Shown here: positions 29,633-40,896 of the stretch, piece by piece
Layout of the letters: each line of letters opens with the position of its first letter
How positions within the stretch are numbered: position 1 is the stretch's first letter
Assembly: GCA_963169855.1 (NCBI GenBank)
Contig: CAUJCN010000002.1
Coordinates: 69,508 to 133,507 of the forward strand
Direction: 5' to 3'
DNA length: 64,000 nucleotides
Source of the DNA: Patescibacteria group bacterium
GTDB taxonomy: Bacteria; Patescibacteriota; Dojkabacteria; J137
Made by a program: the position numbers and the translations under genes
Notes under the pieces: model-generated
What the model saw: the letters and a program-made list of their open reading frames with translations, nothing else
Told to the model about the DNA's origin: nothing
Database searches by the model: none

Positions 29633-30523
29633 TCACTTCATTAGAAATGTATTTACAAGTTTAGCTGCCATATCTGTGCTATTTATTTTATTCAACTCAT
29701 ATCCTCTACCCTCTCCTTCAAACCAAGTAATTTGTCTTTTTGCGTAATGCCAATGAGCGTTCTTAACCAGTTCCAAACATTGTTTTCCTGTAATTTTACC
29801 GCTTAATAAATCTAATACTTCTGAATAGCCAATTCCATGTAACGCAATACTATTTTCGCCATATTTTTCCTTTGCCTTAAGAGTTTCTTCAACTAGTCCT
29901 TCTTTAAACATCTCCTCTACTCTGTTATGAATTCTGTTACGTAAATCCTCACGATCAAAACTTGGGTATAAAAAGATCAGTTCATATTTTTGATTCTGAT
30001 TTTGAACTAATGTGATTCCCTTTTCTAATTTTGAAAGATGCATAGAAAGTCTTCGTGGATTCGATTTATCGCTTACATTTAACTGCTCGTATTCTTTAGG
30101 ATATTTTTCTTTATAAGTTTTCTGAAGTTTATCTAAATCAACATCTTCGTAAGTATTTTCAACATTATCTTGTAGATCATAATTTCGAAATATAGAATCG
30201 ATGTACAAACCTGTACCTCCTACGAGAAAAATGTTTTTATCTTTAAGTTCTTCGACTTTTGCGTCAGAGTCTCTTTTGAAATCATAAACGCTATATCGTT
30301 GATCGGGATCAATCAAATTTACTAAATGAATTGGAATGTTCTGAACAAGGTACTGATTATCTTTAAACTCCAAATCACCTTTGTTTGTACCAATATCTAG
30401 GTCTCGATAGACCTGTCTTGAGTCTGCAGAAATGATTTCCCCACCCATAGACGTAGCTAACTCTACTGCAAGTTTAGTTTTACCAGACGAAGTCGGTCCA
30501 CAAATCACTACTATCTTTTGCAT
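29633..30523 (-). CDS. miaA: tRNA dimethylallyltransferase
   Basis: GPTSSGKT, 'ISADSRQVY..LDIGT.K', 'VGGTGLY', 'YAKRQ.TW'; start taken at MQKIVV. Confidence 0.95.
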   Translation of the reverse strand: MQKIVVICGPTSSGKTKLAVELATSMGGEIISADSRQVYRDLDIGTNKGDLEFKDNQYLVQNIPIHLVNLIDPDQRYSVYDFKRDSDAKVEELKDKNIFLVGGTGLYIDSIFRNYDLQDNVENTYEDVDLDKLQKTYKEKYPKEYEQLNVSDKSNPRRLSMHLSKLEKGITLVQNQNQKYELIFLYPSFDREDLRNRIHNRVEEMFKEGLVEETLKAKEKYGENSIALHGIGYSEVLDLLSGKITGKQCLELVKNAHWHYAKRQITWFEGEGRGYELNKINSTDMAAKLVNTFLMK

Positions 30524-30635
30524 AAGTTCAGCCAATTTAATATTATGTATTATATCAACTAAGGCTACGACTTTGATAAAAGTCAACCTTTTTATTTTTC
30601 AGCTTTTAGCTTCTTAGCTTTAAGCCTTTTTGATT

Positions 30636-31976
30636 ATGTTTGAAACTACAATACTTTTTCGAATTCTACTTTCTACAGTTTTAGGAGCTGTAATTGGGTT
30701 AGAGACGGAAACCAGAGAAATCGAGAAAAAAGGAAATGTCGATAAAATTGATGAGAGAAGCAGAATCGGAGGTGTCAGAACTTACACTCTGATTTCTTTG
30801 TTAGGTGGAATATCAGGACTTTTCTATTACATTAACGAGAAGACAATCGCGATGATTATTTTTACTGCGATTATTCTTTTTCTTCAAGTTGCATATTATC
30901 TAAATGTTCAGTTAAAGAAAGCTTTTGGTTTAACTACTGAAATTGCAATTCTGATTACCTTTATATCCGGATTTTTGATCACAAGCGTTATTACAAATAT
31001 TGAAGTTGTCTTGTTCATTCTAGTTTTACTTTCCTTCTTCTTGTCTAATAAACGAGGCATTGGAAAGATCATAGCCAGAATTCAGCACTATGAGGTTATT
31101 GATTTAATCAAATTCGGATTGGTAGGTTTGGTTGTACTTCCACTTTTACCAAATAGAGATATTTATGTTAACGATGTTTTATCCATCTTCGCTACAGGGA
31201 CTCAAGTCTCCGAACAATCCAACCTGCTTTTAATAAATCCATTTCAAATCTGGTTGATAGTTGTAATCATTTCTGGAATTTCGATTGGAAGTTACTTAAT
31301 TTCTAAAATCTTTGGAGAAAAAAATGGATTAGTAATCTCATCATTCTTCTCTGGGCTAGTATCCTCTACTTCGTCGTTGATTGCTTTTGCAGGTAAATCC
31401 AAAGAAAATTTGAAAGCATCTTCTAGGTTCGCTGGAGCCACTTTGATTTCTAATGCAACTAGTTTTTTAAGTATAGTTGCATTAATTACTGTTACGAACG
31501 GAACTTTCAGTGCTTACTCGCTTCCTATTTTCGTAATTCTTTTTCTGAGCAGTTTGATAATGGGTTTATATTTCTTGCTAACTGATGATGGAAAAGGATT
31601 CGTTAGTAATGGACATGATTCATTTACTTTAATTCCTGCACTTAAATTTGTTTCGATAATTATAGTTTTAAAGATTTTTGTTCAAATTGTTATAAATTCA
31701 AATCTTGGAACAGGTTTATTAATATTTGGAACAGCACTTTCAGGAATTACAGGGATTGATGCCCCACTTATTGCAACAGCTACTTTGGTTTTAGATGGAA
31801 TAATTTCCCCAGACCTTGGAATACTCATAATATTCTTAACTAACTCAGTAAATTATATTGCTAAAATGTTCTATGCAAAAACAAGCGGAAGTAAGGAGTT
31901 TTTACAGAACGTCTCCTTTGGACTTATAATCTCTTTGATTTCATCTTTAATCATTTTGATCACTTATGTTTTCTAA
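30636..31976 (+). CDS. MgtC/SapB plus DUF4010 membrane protein
   Basis: 'G..IGLE.E', 'GGVRTY.LI..LG', 'GLTTE.A', 'LPLLP', 'GLVSST'. Confidence 0.85.
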   Translation: MFETTILFRILLSTVLGAVIGLETETREIEKKGNVDKIDERSRIGGVRTYTLISLLGGISGLFYYINEKTIAMIIFTAIILFLQVAYYLNVQLKKAFGLTTEIAILITFISGFLITSVITNIEVVLFILVLLSFFLSNKRGIGKIIARIQHYEVIDLIKFGLVGLVVLPLLPNRDIYVNDVLSIFATGTQVSEQSNLLLINPFQIWLIVVIISGISIGSYLISKIFGEKNGLVISSFFSGLVSSTSSLIAFAGKSKENLKASSRFAGATLISNATSFLSIVALITVTNGTFSAYSLPIFVILFLSSLIMGLYFLLTDDGKGFVSNGHDSFTLIPALKFVSIIIVLKIFVQIVINSNLGTGLLIFGTALSGITGIDAPLIATATLVLDGIISPDLGILIIFLTNSVNYIAKMFYAKTSGSKEFLQNVSFGLIISLISSLIILITYVF

Positions 31977-32277
31977 AAATAACGAGAGTTTTACTTGTAT
32001 AAACTGCGGAAAGAAGGTCGAAGAGCACCCAACTAGTTCAAGAGATCACTGTAATCATTGTTTAGTTGGGCTTCATGTTGATATCGATCCCGGCGACAGG
32101 TTAAATGAATGCAAAGGAATCCTGGAACCCATCGGACTCAAAACCGTGAATAATAAGGAACAAATTGTCTACAAGTGTTTAAAATGCTCAAAAACACTTT
32201 TCTGTGTAACTGCACCCGATGATAATAGAGAGAAAGTCGTAGAACTGGCTCAACTCCGTTGGGAGGACTCTCTATGA
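31966..32277 (+). CDS. RNHCP-domain zinc-ribbon protein
   Basis: 'F.C.NCG', 'RDHCNHCL..LHVD..PGDR...C.G', 'APDDN'. Confidence 0.9.
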   Translation: MFSKNNESFTCINCGKKVEEHPTSSRDHCNHCLVGLHVDIDPGDRLNECKGILEPIGLKTVNNKEQIVYKCLKCSKTLFCVTAPDDNREKVVELAQLRWEDSL

Positions 32278-32310
32278 AAATCACCAAAAAGTGATATCAT
32301 ATAGTTAGTA

Positions 32311-32898
32311 ATGAGAAAATATACAAAAACAACTTCATTAATAATTCCATGCGGAATTGTTTTTTTGATCTTATCGAGCCTTGTTCCTTTACACCTAGAA
32401 GCTTATTCTAATTTCACAACTGTAAGGTCTGAGAAACTTCACCCAGTAACTGCTGAAATTGTGGAGGAAATCAAAGTCCAGATGCAAGCCGATTTAGAAG
32501 TAAGAAAACAGGAAGCTTTGATCCAACAACAAATTGCAAAGGTAAGATCGTTCTTTCAATCTTATGGAGCAGTAATGCAAGGCTACGAAGAGCTTTTGGT
32601 ACGAAGATCTCACGAATGTGGTGGTGATTATAGGGTTATAGTTGGTATTGCAGGAAACGAATCTGGGTTGGGTCGAATTCCATATAAACTTTACAATCCT
32701 TTTGGTTATCTAGATGGAATGCAATATGGATCTTGGGAAGAATCACTTCACAAATTGGTTTGTGTAATTTCTCAAAGATTTATTGCACCTTGCCAATCCG
32801 ATTTACAATGTATAATTAACAAATACGGCGGTCCTGGGGATGACCAGCAAAGATGGATAAACAATGTAAGCTGGTTCATGCGACAAGTAACTTTGTAA
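32311..32898 (+). CDS. Secreted lysozyme-like/glucosaminidase-fold protein
   Basis: Signal/TM; 'D.R.IVGIA..ES.LG....YN.FG', 'W..NV..FM'. Confidence 0.6.
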   Translation: MRKYTKTTSLIIPCGIVFLILSSLVPLHLEAYSNFTTVRSEKLHPVTAEIVEEIKVQMQADLEVRKQEALIQQQIAKVRSFFQSYGAVMQGYEELLVRRSHECGGDYRVIVGIAGNESGLGRIPYKLYNPFGYLDGMQYGSWEESLHKLVCVISQRFIAPCQSDLQCIINKYGGPGDDQQRWINNVSWFMRQVTL

Positions 32899-33033
32899 AG
32901 AAAGGTGTTGGTTATTGGGACTTAAGTCTTAGCTTTTTCGCCTTCTAGTCTTTCAGTCTTTTCACCTTCTTTAGTAATGGTATAATTCATTTACTTGAAT
33001 CTTGTTTCTTTAATCTTTTAACCTTTTTTGTTT

Positions 33034-33438
33034 ATGATAAAGATTTTTACTGATGGTGGTTCTAGAGGAAATCCTGGCAATGCAGCCTGTGCATTTGTTG
33101 TTTTTGATGAAGAAAAAGTTGTTCATTTTGATTCGATATTTTTGCACCAAGCAACAAATAATTTTGCCGAATACACTGGACTAATTAGTGGACTTAAATA
33201 CTTAGTAAAAGCAAATATCACAGAAGCGTCAGCTTTCTTAGATAGCGAGTTAGTAGTAAAGCAACTGAATGGAGAATATAGAGTTAAAGATGAAAACATT
33301 CAGAAACTTTTCTCTCAGATCGTCGAACTTAAAAAGAGTTTTAAAAGTCTTACATTTACTCACGTAAGAAGAGAAGAAAATAAACTAGCAGATAAACTTG
33401 TTAACATTGTTCTCGATGCAGTCGAAGCGGTTAATTAA
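33034..33438 (+). CDS. rnhA: Ribonuclease HI
   Basis: 'TDGGSRGNPG', 'TNN.AEY', 'DSELVV.Q', 'HVRRE.N..AD.L.N'. Confidence 0.93.
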   Translation: MIKIFTDGGSRGNPGNAACAFVVFDEEKVVHFDSIFLHQATNNFAEYTGLISGLKYLVKANITEASAFLDSELVVKQLNGEYRVKDENIQKLFSQIVELKKSFKSLTFTHVRREENKLADKLVNIVLDAVEAVN

Positions 33439-34291
33439 AATTATTCTACCAATCGCAATTGTAGTTCTTATAGGAGTAAATATCTACTTCCTTTTGAACA
33501 GAACTTCGTACTCTGTAAACTACGTTGATGAAATCACGTATAAAACTAACAACGAACTCTCCAATTTTGATACTGAACAGGGAAACTATAAAAAATTTTC
33601 TTACTCAAGAAACGATAACCTAATTAACAAAGACTATTTAGAATTTGAGAACCAGCTCATTTCTGAAGGCGATGAACTTCCAGCAGATACTAGTTCCGAA
33701 GTAATATTCGATAAAGGCTATATCAGCAGTAAAGTTAATCTGGAGACATTTACAAACAAGTCTGTAGTTCTTCCACTAAAATATAGTAAGTACTTTGATT
33801 ACTTAATCTACGGTGAGTCTGAGCCAGAATTAGCTCAAAGTTGGAATTTTACAAAACTAAAGGAATTCAAGAATTTTTACATCGATTTGACTGGTTATAC
33901 AAACGAGTTCTTTATCCTACCTGGACCGCTTTCTACATTAGAATTGATGGAGAACACCGTGGGATATTTAAAAGAAAATGGCATCGAACCTTCCAGAATT
34001 TTCTTTATAATTGACATTCGAAACTATGTTTGGCCAGATAGGTTCTTCGAGAGTAACGTTATTATGAACTATACCGATAAAGTCCAACAAGCTGAGATTC
34101 TAGACGATGACCAATATATGCAGAAGTACTCTGGAATAGAAATTTTCCGAGGAACAACCGAGGCAATAGATCCATCATATAATAAAAGTCACGTTTCTCT
34201 ATCCCTGAAATCGGATTTAAGTGATATCATAGAGCTAGCCAAAAAACTTGGGCTTCAAGGATTTACTATTCAAGATGGACGAACAATTTGA
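33416..34291 (+). CDS. Membrane-anchored degenerate GH18-like protein
   Basis: N-terminal TM; C-terminal half aligns by eye with 27193..28380; catalytic DxxDxDxE absent. Confidence 0.55.
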   Translation: MQSKRLIKIILPIAIVVLIGVNIYFLLNRTSYSVNYVDEITYKTNNELSNFDTEQGNYKKFSYSRNDNLINKDYLEFENQLISEGDELPADTSSEVIFDKGYISSKVNLETFTNKSVVLPLKYSKYFDYLIYGESEPELAQSWNFTKLKEFKNFYIDLTGYTNEFFILPGPLSTLELMENTVGYLKENGIEPSRIFFIIDIRNYVWPDRFFESNVIMNYTDKVQQAEILDDDQYMQKYSGIEIFRGTTEAIDPSYNKSHVSLSLKSDLSDIIELAKKLGLQGFTIQDGRTI

Positions 34292-34823
34292 TTTTAAGAA
34301 AATAGAAATTATTATCGGACTTGGTAACACAGGAAACGAATACTTAAACACTCGACACAATGCTGGGTTTGAATTTGTCGACTATATGGCAAACGGAACA
34401 AGATTTGTTAAAGACGACAAGTTGAAAGCTTTTGTAGCTGATGTTTCTATAAACGGACAAAGAGTCAGACTTCTAAAACCAACTACTATGATGAACTATT
34501 CTGGCGAAACACTAGTTTTAGCTATGAATTACTTCAAAATCGACCCCTCAAAAGTTTTAGTAGTATTTGATGATTTAGATTTACCTTTAGGAGAATTTAA
34601 AATACAATTTGCTAGAGGACCAAAAGTACATAACGGATTGTTATCTTTAGAAAACCGTTCAAAAGTTAAAGATTTTTGGAGAGTAAGAATTGGAGTTGAC
34701 TCCAGAGATGAAGTAACTCGAAATAGTGTTAGTGGATCAGATTACGTTTTAGCAAAATTTAAAATTAAAGAAAGAGACCTACTTCAGGAAACATTCTTCA
34801 AAATTGTAGAAGAAATATTATGA
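34275..34823 (+). CDS. pth: Peptidyl-tRNA hydrolase
   Basis: 'GLGN.G.EY..TRHNAGF', 'KP.TMMN.SG', 'DDLDL', 'HNGL', 'R.RIG', 'YVL'. Confidence 0.95.
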   Translation: MDEQFDFKKIEIIIGLGNTGNEYLNTRHNAGFEFVDYMANGTRFVKDDKLKAFVADVSINGQRVRLLKPTTMMNYSGETLVLAMNYFKIDPSKVLVVFDDLDLPLGEFKIQFARGPKVHNGLLSLENRSKVKDFWRVRIGVDSRDEVTRNSVSGSDYVLAKFKIKERDLLQETFFKIVEEIL

Positions 34824-35992
34824 AACAAGTTTATCTAAGACCTGGGAAGGAAATTCCTGTTAAATTCAAACATCACTGGATTTTTTCTGGTGCTGTCAGT
34901 GCTCCAAAAGAAAGAATCGAGGAAGGAGAAATTGTTCAGGTATTATCTGCAAATCGGGAAGTTCTAGGTCACGGATACTTCAATAACAAAACAACAATTC
35001 AGATTAGAATGCTGAACTTTAGAAATGAAGATCCTTTGATGAGTTTAGAGAATAATATTAAAAGTGCTGTCAGATTGAGAAATTCGTTGTTCGATGAAAA
35101 CACTAATACATTCCGAGTTATTAATGGCGAAGGTGATTACATTCCTGGATTAGTTGTAGATAGATACAACGATGTTCTAGTAGTTCAAGTTGCGACAGTT
35201 GGAATTGAAAAGTTGAAGAATAGAATTCTAGATCTGCTAAAAAAAGAGACCACTGATTGGAATATAACTACGATCTACGAGAAATCCAATATGCCTGCAA
35301 GAATTAAAGATGGGCTTGAAAGTTTTTCGGGACATTTGTGGGGAAATGAAATCGAAGAAACTAATGTTTTGGAAAATGGTATTAAATTTAAAGTGAACTT
35401 TGTTAAATCTCAAAAAACAGGATTATTCCTAGATATGAGAGAGATGCGAAAGTTGGTAGGTGAATATGCAAAAGGACGAAATTTGTTGAACTGCTTTAGC
35501 TATACTGGAGGATTCTCTCTTTACGCTGCTAAAGGTGGAGCTACAAAGGTGACTTCTGTAGATTTAGATAAAGATGCGATTGAAAATTGTAACGAGAACT
35601 TTGCTCTAAATGAAATCACTTCCCCAAACGAAGCAATTGCAGTTGATGCATTCAAATTCTTAAACGACGACAAACTAAATTACGACTTTGTTATTCTTGA
35701 TCCACCAGCGTTTGCAAAGAAAAAAGAAGATATTCCTAACGCTAAAAGAGGTTACGGACAAATCAATAGAATGACTTTATCAAAAATTCCTTCAGGGTCG
35801 TTCCTTTTAACTTGTTCATGCTCTTATCATTTGAGCTTTGAAGAGTTCGAAACAGTTATTAAAAAAGCTGCTAGCGATGCGAGAAGGGAGCTAAAAGTGT
35901 TGGCGAAGCACCATTTAGCTCCGGATCATCCTATCAATATAAACCATAATGAAGTAGACTATCTGAAGAGTTTACTTTTATATGTCGAATAA
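34820..35992 (+). CDS. rlmI: RlmI-family rRNA methyltransferase (23S m5C1962)
   Basis: PUA domain, 'GEGD..PGLVVD', 'QKTGLFLD.R', 'FSYTGGF', 'DPPAF', 'TCSCS', 'YLK'. Confidence 0.88.
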   Translation: MKQVYLRPGKEIPVKFKHHWIFSGAVSAPKERIEEGEIVQVLSANREVLGHGYFNNKTTIQIRMLNFRNEDPLMSLENNIKSAVRLRNSLFDENTNTFRVINGEGDYIPGLVVDRYNDVLVVQVATVGIEKLKNRILDLLKKETTDWNITTIYEKSNMPARIKDGLESFSGHLWGNEIEETNVLENGIKFKVNFVKSQKTGLFLDMREMRKLVGEYAKGRNLLNCFSYTGGFSLYAAKGGATKVTSVDLDKDAIENCNENFALNEITSPNEAIAVDAFKFLNDDKLNYDFVILDPPAFAKKKEDIPNAKRGYGQINRMTLSKIPSGSFLLTCSCSYHLSFEEFETVIKKAASDARRELKVLAKHHLAPDHPININHNEVDYLKSLLLYVE

Positions 35993-36890
35993 CGCTCCTT
36001 TTGAACAACCACAAATAGTTGAGGATAGATTTGAAACACCTGAATTTCTGTACCTTAATATTCCACAGCAGTTTTTAGGAATCTGGGCTACTTTACCACT
36101 CCAAAGCAAACTCTCAGCAACTGCACTAGGAGGAATCGGCTTAATGACAATTAAATCTATAGAAGCAGAAGAAGACTTACAAATCAAATTCAGAAATGTG
36201 TCTGGAAGAAAAAAATTTGCTGAACCTAAAACTCCACAGGAATTTATTAATATTCTAAAAACAGGTAACACAATTGTTCAAAAGGCTATTCCAACAATCC
36301 AGTATGTTATTGATTTGTGTGCTATTAAAAACAAGTTACACGAACTTACAAGCGAGGTTCTTTACCAATTGCTAGTGGCGATTTTGAAAACAAATGGAAT
36401 CGAGGAATCGTTTATAGGGGATTTAGAAAAGCGCTTAAAAGGACACTTAATGACTACACAGGAAACAGATGAAGTTGAGATTGAGAGTATTACGTATCAA
36501 GGAAAAACATTTACTCCTCAAGAGTTTGAAATTGAACAACAAGCGTTACTTGAAAAGATGAATCAAGTCCCAGCAACTGTTACCAAAGGAAGCTACCTTT
36601 ATAGAATGCCTAGGTCTAACGAATTCAAAGAAATGAGACAAAACAAAGGAATGTGGTTAATGCCGTTACGAACAAACTTTGTTGACGAAAAAGCATACAC
36701 TAGTGGTCCTAGCTTTATAGACATCTTTCAAGATGAGGATGACTATGCTGGTGTGAGCATTAGACTACAAGTTAAGTTCCAAGGATTCCAGTATAGATTT
36801 ATGAGTGGAGTTGTTGAAAGTTTTACTCCAATGTTTGTAGAAACTGAGTATTTAGATACGGAAACTGGTGAATGGAAGAAATTTGATTAA
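35982..36890 (+). CDS. Hypothetical protein
   Basis: 302-aa ORF overlapping the rlmI end. Confidence 0.75.
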   Translation: MSNNAPFEQPQIVEDRFETPEFLYLNIPQQFLGIWATLPLQSKLSATALGGIGLMTIKSIEAEEDLQIKFRNVSGRKKFAEPKTPQEFINILKTGNTIVQKAIPTIQYVIDLCAIKNKLHELTSEVLYQLLVAILKTNGIEESFIGDLEKRLKGHLMTTQETDEVEIESITYQGKTFTPQEFEIEQQALLEKMNQVPATVTKGSYLYRMPRSNEFKEMRQNKGMWLMPLRTNFVDEKAYTSGPSFIDIFQDEDDYAGVSIRLQVKFQGFQYRFMSGVVESFTPMFVETEYLDTETGEWKKFD

Positions 36891-37531
36891 TAAATAGCCG
36901 TTCCTCTGGAATTAAAGATATATCTGAAGAAATCAAAATCTTGTCTTTTTACAGCAAGATCAAATTCTTTTTCTCCAGGATCAACAAATTCAATATATTC
37001 TCCCTTCTCGTCTGTTCCAATATTTTGAATTATAACTATGTGGCTTTCTCGAGTTCTTAATGAATGTATAGATGCTAGAAAATATTTGTATTTACCACTT
37101 TTGAAATCTGCAACTAACTCATCAAAAGGATAATCAAGCTTAGTTTCTGCTTTAATTCCGTAATCATTCATAACTTGAGGAATTCCACGATGATCGATTC
37201 CGTTGATTAATCCAAAGACTGGATTATATTCTTGATTCTCATCTTTAATTACATCGTGTGGTTGAATGTTTTTAACTTTTGACTGCTGTCCTACAGTAAT
37301 CAGAGAATCCTTCCCATTCAATATATATGGTCTGTAAACGGTCGGTCCTGAATTCTTGTGCATTTCAACTAATTTTGAAAGAAACTCCTCAAGACTACCG
37401 TTTTCGACAACTCTATTATTGGACAACTGCTGAATTATCATTGCTACACAAGTTACACCACAAGTTGACCACTGTAAGTCTTTATGGGAGAAAGCTGTGA
37501 ACTGAGAAATGTAGTTTTCTTTTGTAATCAT
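36887..37531 (-). CDS. C39-like cysteine peptidase
   Basis: 'YISQF', 'CGVTCVAM', 'SHIVII', 'FVDP': Q/C/H/D arrangement. Confidence 0.75.
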   Translation of the reverse strand: MITKENYISQFTAFSHKDLQWSTCGVTCVAMIIQQLSNNRVVENGSLEEFLSKLVEMHKNSGPTVYRPYILNGKDSLITVGQQSKVKNIQPHDVIKDENQEYNPVFGLINGIDHRGIPQVMNDYGIKAETKLDYPFDELVADFKSGKYKYFLASIHSLRTRESHIVIIQNIGTDEKGEYIEFVDPGEKEFDLAVKRQDFDFFRYIFNSRGTAIY

Positions 37532-37603
37532 TAAACTATTCTAGCACTGTTGAACTCTCGTGGCACATGAAAAAACACCGTTTTCGTGCTACAATTAGAA
37601 ATC

Positions 37604-40600
37604 ATGGACAACAAAGTACGAATAAAGGGTGCTAGGACCAACAACCTCAAAAACATCGATTTAGATATCCCAAAACATAAATTAGTAGTGATTACTGGAC
37701 TTTCAGGTTCAGGAAAATCATCACTAGCTTTCGATACGATCTATGCTGAAGGGCAAAGACGATACGTTGAATCGTTATCTGCTTACGCCCGACAGTTCGT
37801 TGGTTTAATGGATAAACCAGATGTAGACCTTATCGAAGGACTTTCTCCAGCAATTTCAATTGATCAAAAGACATCAGGTCATAATCCTCGATCTACAGTT
37901 GGAACAGTAACAGAAATCTACGACTATTTAAGACTTTTGTTTGCTAGAGTTGGTCACCCAAGAAGTCCCGTGTCTGGACAGAGATTGGAGAAGCAATCTG
38001 TTTCACAGATCGTTGACTCTATTTTAAGTTACCCTGAAGTTTTTGGAGAAAGCGTAAAAATATTAGTTCTTGCCCCTGTAATCAAAAATAGGAAAGGAAC
38101 TTACGAAGAACTATTCACCAGATTCTTTTCTCAAGGATACGCCAGAGTTAGAGTTGACGAACAAGTATATTCACTTGAAGAAGAAATTAAACTTGATAAA
38201 TTCGTCAAACATAATATCGAAGTTGTAATAGACAGATTAGTAATTGAGAAATCAAAAAAAGATGAAAAGGAATTTGTGAAAAGACTTACTGACTCAATCG
38301 AGTTAGCAATCAATTTAGGCGAAGGTGAAGTTTTAATCAATTTGGTAGATGCAAAAGAACTCGATACTAAGAAACTTAAAGCAACTTTAAGAGCAAATGG
38401 AGACGTTTTCTATTCAGAAAAGTTAGTTGATCCTGCTACAGGAACATCATTCTCAGAAATCGAACCACACTCATTCTCATTTAACTCTCCATTTGGAGCG
38501 TGTCCTGTTTGTAATGGACTCGGATCTATAAAAGAAGTTGACGAGTCTTTGGTTTATAACCCCAGATTAACAATTTCAGAAGGCGGAATTTACCCAATGG
38601 CTCGAACTATAGAGAATGAAGATTCAGCTACTTTCAAAATTCTTTTACAGGTTGCAGAGAAACAGAAAATCGATTTAAAGAAACCAATAGGACAACTGTC
38701 AGACAGAGAAAGAGAAGTAATTTTCTACGGAACTGGAGAAACATCTTATCCAGTAGAATATTTCGACTCAAGTGGAAACAGAAAAGTCTGGAATGCAAAG
38801 TACGAAGGGGTTGTTAATAACTTACTAAGAAGATACCAGGAAACAGATTCAGACTTTATAAGATCCGAAATCGAAGAATACATGGTAGAAAAACCTTGTG
38901 CAGAATGTAAAGGATATAGATTGAAGAAGGACGTTTTAGCAGTAACAATCGAAGGATTCAACATTGTAGACGTTGGAAACATGAGCATTTTAGACGCTCA
39001 CAAATGGATAGAATGGATTCAAAAACCAGATGAATCATTCAAAACTGAAAACATCTCTACTCTGTTCGATATTTTTGCCGTGCCTGACGGCAGGCAGGGA
39101 ATTAAGCCGGAAGACATCAAGGATGACCATCTAAGTAATCAAGAAAAGGAAATTGGAAAACAAGTATTCAAAGAAATTGCTACCAGATTAAACTTTTTAA
39201 ATTCAGTAGGATTGGATTATCTAACCTTGAACAGAACAGCAAAAACGCTATCTGGAGGAGAATCTCAAAGAATCAGACTAGCTTCTCAGATCGGAACTGG
39301 ACTTACAGGAGTTATGTACGTTTTAGATGAACCTTCAATTGGTTTACATCAACGAGATAACGATAAACTTCTGACAACCTTAGAAAGACTAAGAGACTTA
39401 GGAAACTCAGTTATTGTTGTAGAGCATGACGAAGACACAATCAAAAAAGCTGATTATATTGTGGATATCGGACCTGGAGCTGGAGAACACGGGGGACAAG
39501 TTATTGGGGCAGGAACATTAGAAGATATTGTTAAAGTAAAAGATTCATTAACAGCTAAATACCTATCTGGCGAAATGGTAATTACAAAAGAAAATGTTGA
39601 TAAAGATCTAAAAGAATTAGGTTTAAAGAAAGCGAAGACAAGTAGTAAAGGAGAAATGATTAGACTTTATGGGGTTACTCATAATAATCTTAAAAATGTT
39701 GATTTAGAAGTTCCATTATCAAAATTCGTAGCCATTACAGGAGTTTCGGGAAGTGGAAAATCATCTTTGATTAATGATGTTTTATACAACGCTTTAGCAA
39801 AACATTTCTACGATTCAAAAGAAATGCCTGGTCATTATTCAGAACTTAGAGGTCTTGAACATATCGACAAAGTAATCAATATGGATCAGTCTCCAATTGG
39901 ACGAACTCCTAGATCTAACCCAGCAACTTACACTGGAGTTTTCAATTTGATTAGAGACATTTTTGCTTCTACAAAAGAATCTCAAGTTAGAGGATACAAA
40001 GCAGGAAGATTCAGTTTCAACGTAAAAGGCGGACGATGCGAAAAATGTGAAGGAGCTGGAGTTATCAAGATTTCAATGCAATTCTTACCAGATGTTTACG
40101 TAACTTGCGAAGAATGTGGCGGAAAGAGATACAACAGAGAAACTCTTCAAATTGATTACAAAGGAAAGAATATTTCCGAGGTTCTGAACATGACAATTGA
40201 AGAAGGTGCTCAGTTTTTTGAGAATGTAACTGCAATTTCTACAAAATTGCAAACTTTAATGGATGTTGGACTTGGATACATTAGACTTGGTCAAGCTGCA
40301 ACAACACTATCCGGAGGAGAATCCCAAAGAGTTAAACTTGCTTCAGAACTTGCTAAACGATCAACAGGAAAAACATTCTACATTCTTGATGAGCCTACAA
40401 CTGGACTTCATTTTGAAGATGTTAGAAAACTTTTGATTGTTCTACACGGACTTGTTTACAAAGGAAACACAGTTCTGGTTATCGAACATAACTTGGATGT
40501 TATAAAAACTGCTGACTGGATCGTTGATTTAGGCCCAGAAGGTGGAGCAAAAGGAGGAGAAATTCTAGTAGAAGGAACTCCAGAAAAGGTCGCGAACACT

Positions 40601-40642
40601 AAAGGAAGTTACACTGGAGAATGGCTTAAAAAGATTTTATAA
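37604..40642 (+). CDS. uvrA: Excinuclease ABC subunit A
   Basis: Two ABC modules ([23 protein letters not shown] x2), zinc fingers, '[12 protein letters not shown]'. Confidence 0.98.
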   Translation: MDNKVRIKGARTNNLKNIDLDIPKHKLVVITGLSGSGKSSLAFDTIYAEGQRRYVESLSAYARQFVGLMDKPDVDLIEGLSPAISIDQKTSGHNPRSTVGTVTEIYDYLRLLFARVGHPRSPVSGQRLEKQSVSQIVDSILSYPEVFGESVKILVLAPVIKNRKGTYEELFTRFFSQGYARVRVDEQVYSLEEEIKLDKFVKHNIEVVIDRLVIEKSKKDEKEFVKRLTDSIELAINLGEGEVLINLVDAKELDTKKLKATLRANGDVFYSEKLVDPATGTSFSEIEPHSFSFNSPFGACPVCNGLGSIKEVDESLVYNPRLTISEGGIYPMARTIENEDSATFKILLQVAEKQKIDLKKPIGQLSDREREVIFYGTGETSYPVEYFDSSGNRKVWNAKYEGVVNNLLRRYQETDSDFIRSEIEEYMVEKPCAECKGYRLKKDVLAVTIEGFNIVDVGNMSILDAHKWIEWIQKPDESFKTENISTLFDIFAVPDGRQGIKPEDIKDDHLSNQEKEIGKQVFKEIATRLNFLNSVGLDYLTLNRTAKTLSGGESQRIRLASQIGTGLTGVMYVLDEPSIGLHQRDNDKLLTTLERLRDLGNSVIVVEHDEDTIKKADYIVDIGPGAGEHGGQVIGAGTLEDIVKVKDSLTAKYLSGEMVITKENVDKDLKELGLKKAKTSSKGEMIRLYGVTHNNLKNVDLEVPLSKFVAITGVSGSGKSSLINDVLYNALAKHFYDSKEMPGHYSELRGLEHIDKVINMDQSPIGRTPRSNPATYTGVFNLIRDIFASTKESQVRGYKAGRFSFNVKGGRCEKCEGAGVIKISMQFLPDVYVTCEECGGKRYNRETLQIDYKGKNISEVLNMTIEEGAQFFENVTAISTKLQTLMDVGLGYIRLGQAATTLSGGESQRVKLASELAKRSTGKTFYILDEPTTGLHFEDVRKLLIVLHGLVYKGNTVLVIEHNLDVIKTADWIVDLGPEGGAKGGEILVEGTPEKVANTKGSYTGEWLKKIL
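39076..39098. repeat. REP-like GC-rich palindrome (GGCAGGCAGG type) inside uvrA
   Basis: TGCCGT-GCCTG-ACGGCA-GGCAGG; local GC spike; shares the GGCAGG tail with the 44277-44312 element. Confidence 0.65.
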
Positions 40643-40643
40643 T

Positions 40644-40880
40644 TTAGATCCTAAGCTGAGCATCGGACTGAGGTCTCTTACTCTCAACTACTTCTATAAT
40701 ATCGTTAATTAGTTCCCCTATAACAGGAACAGTAACAAAAGGTCTTAGTAAAAGAACCCCTATAGCAATTACCACTGTTGAACCTACAATGAATCCTATT
40801 CCGCTAAAGATTCCATTAACTAAAGATGCTTTGATGTTAGGACTTCTGATTTCTTTTAGAATTTTTTCTGTATCGTTCAT
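40644..40880 (-). CDS. DUF5665-like small membrane protein
   Basis: 'GIF.G.GF..G.TVV', 'P.IG.....I...V'. Confidence 0.7.
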   Translation of the reverse strand: MNDTEKILKEIRSPNIKASLVNGIFSGIGFIVGSTVVIAIGVLLLRPFVTVPVIGELINDIIEVVESKRPQSDAQLRI

Positions 40881-40896
40881 ATAAATATTCTACTTC

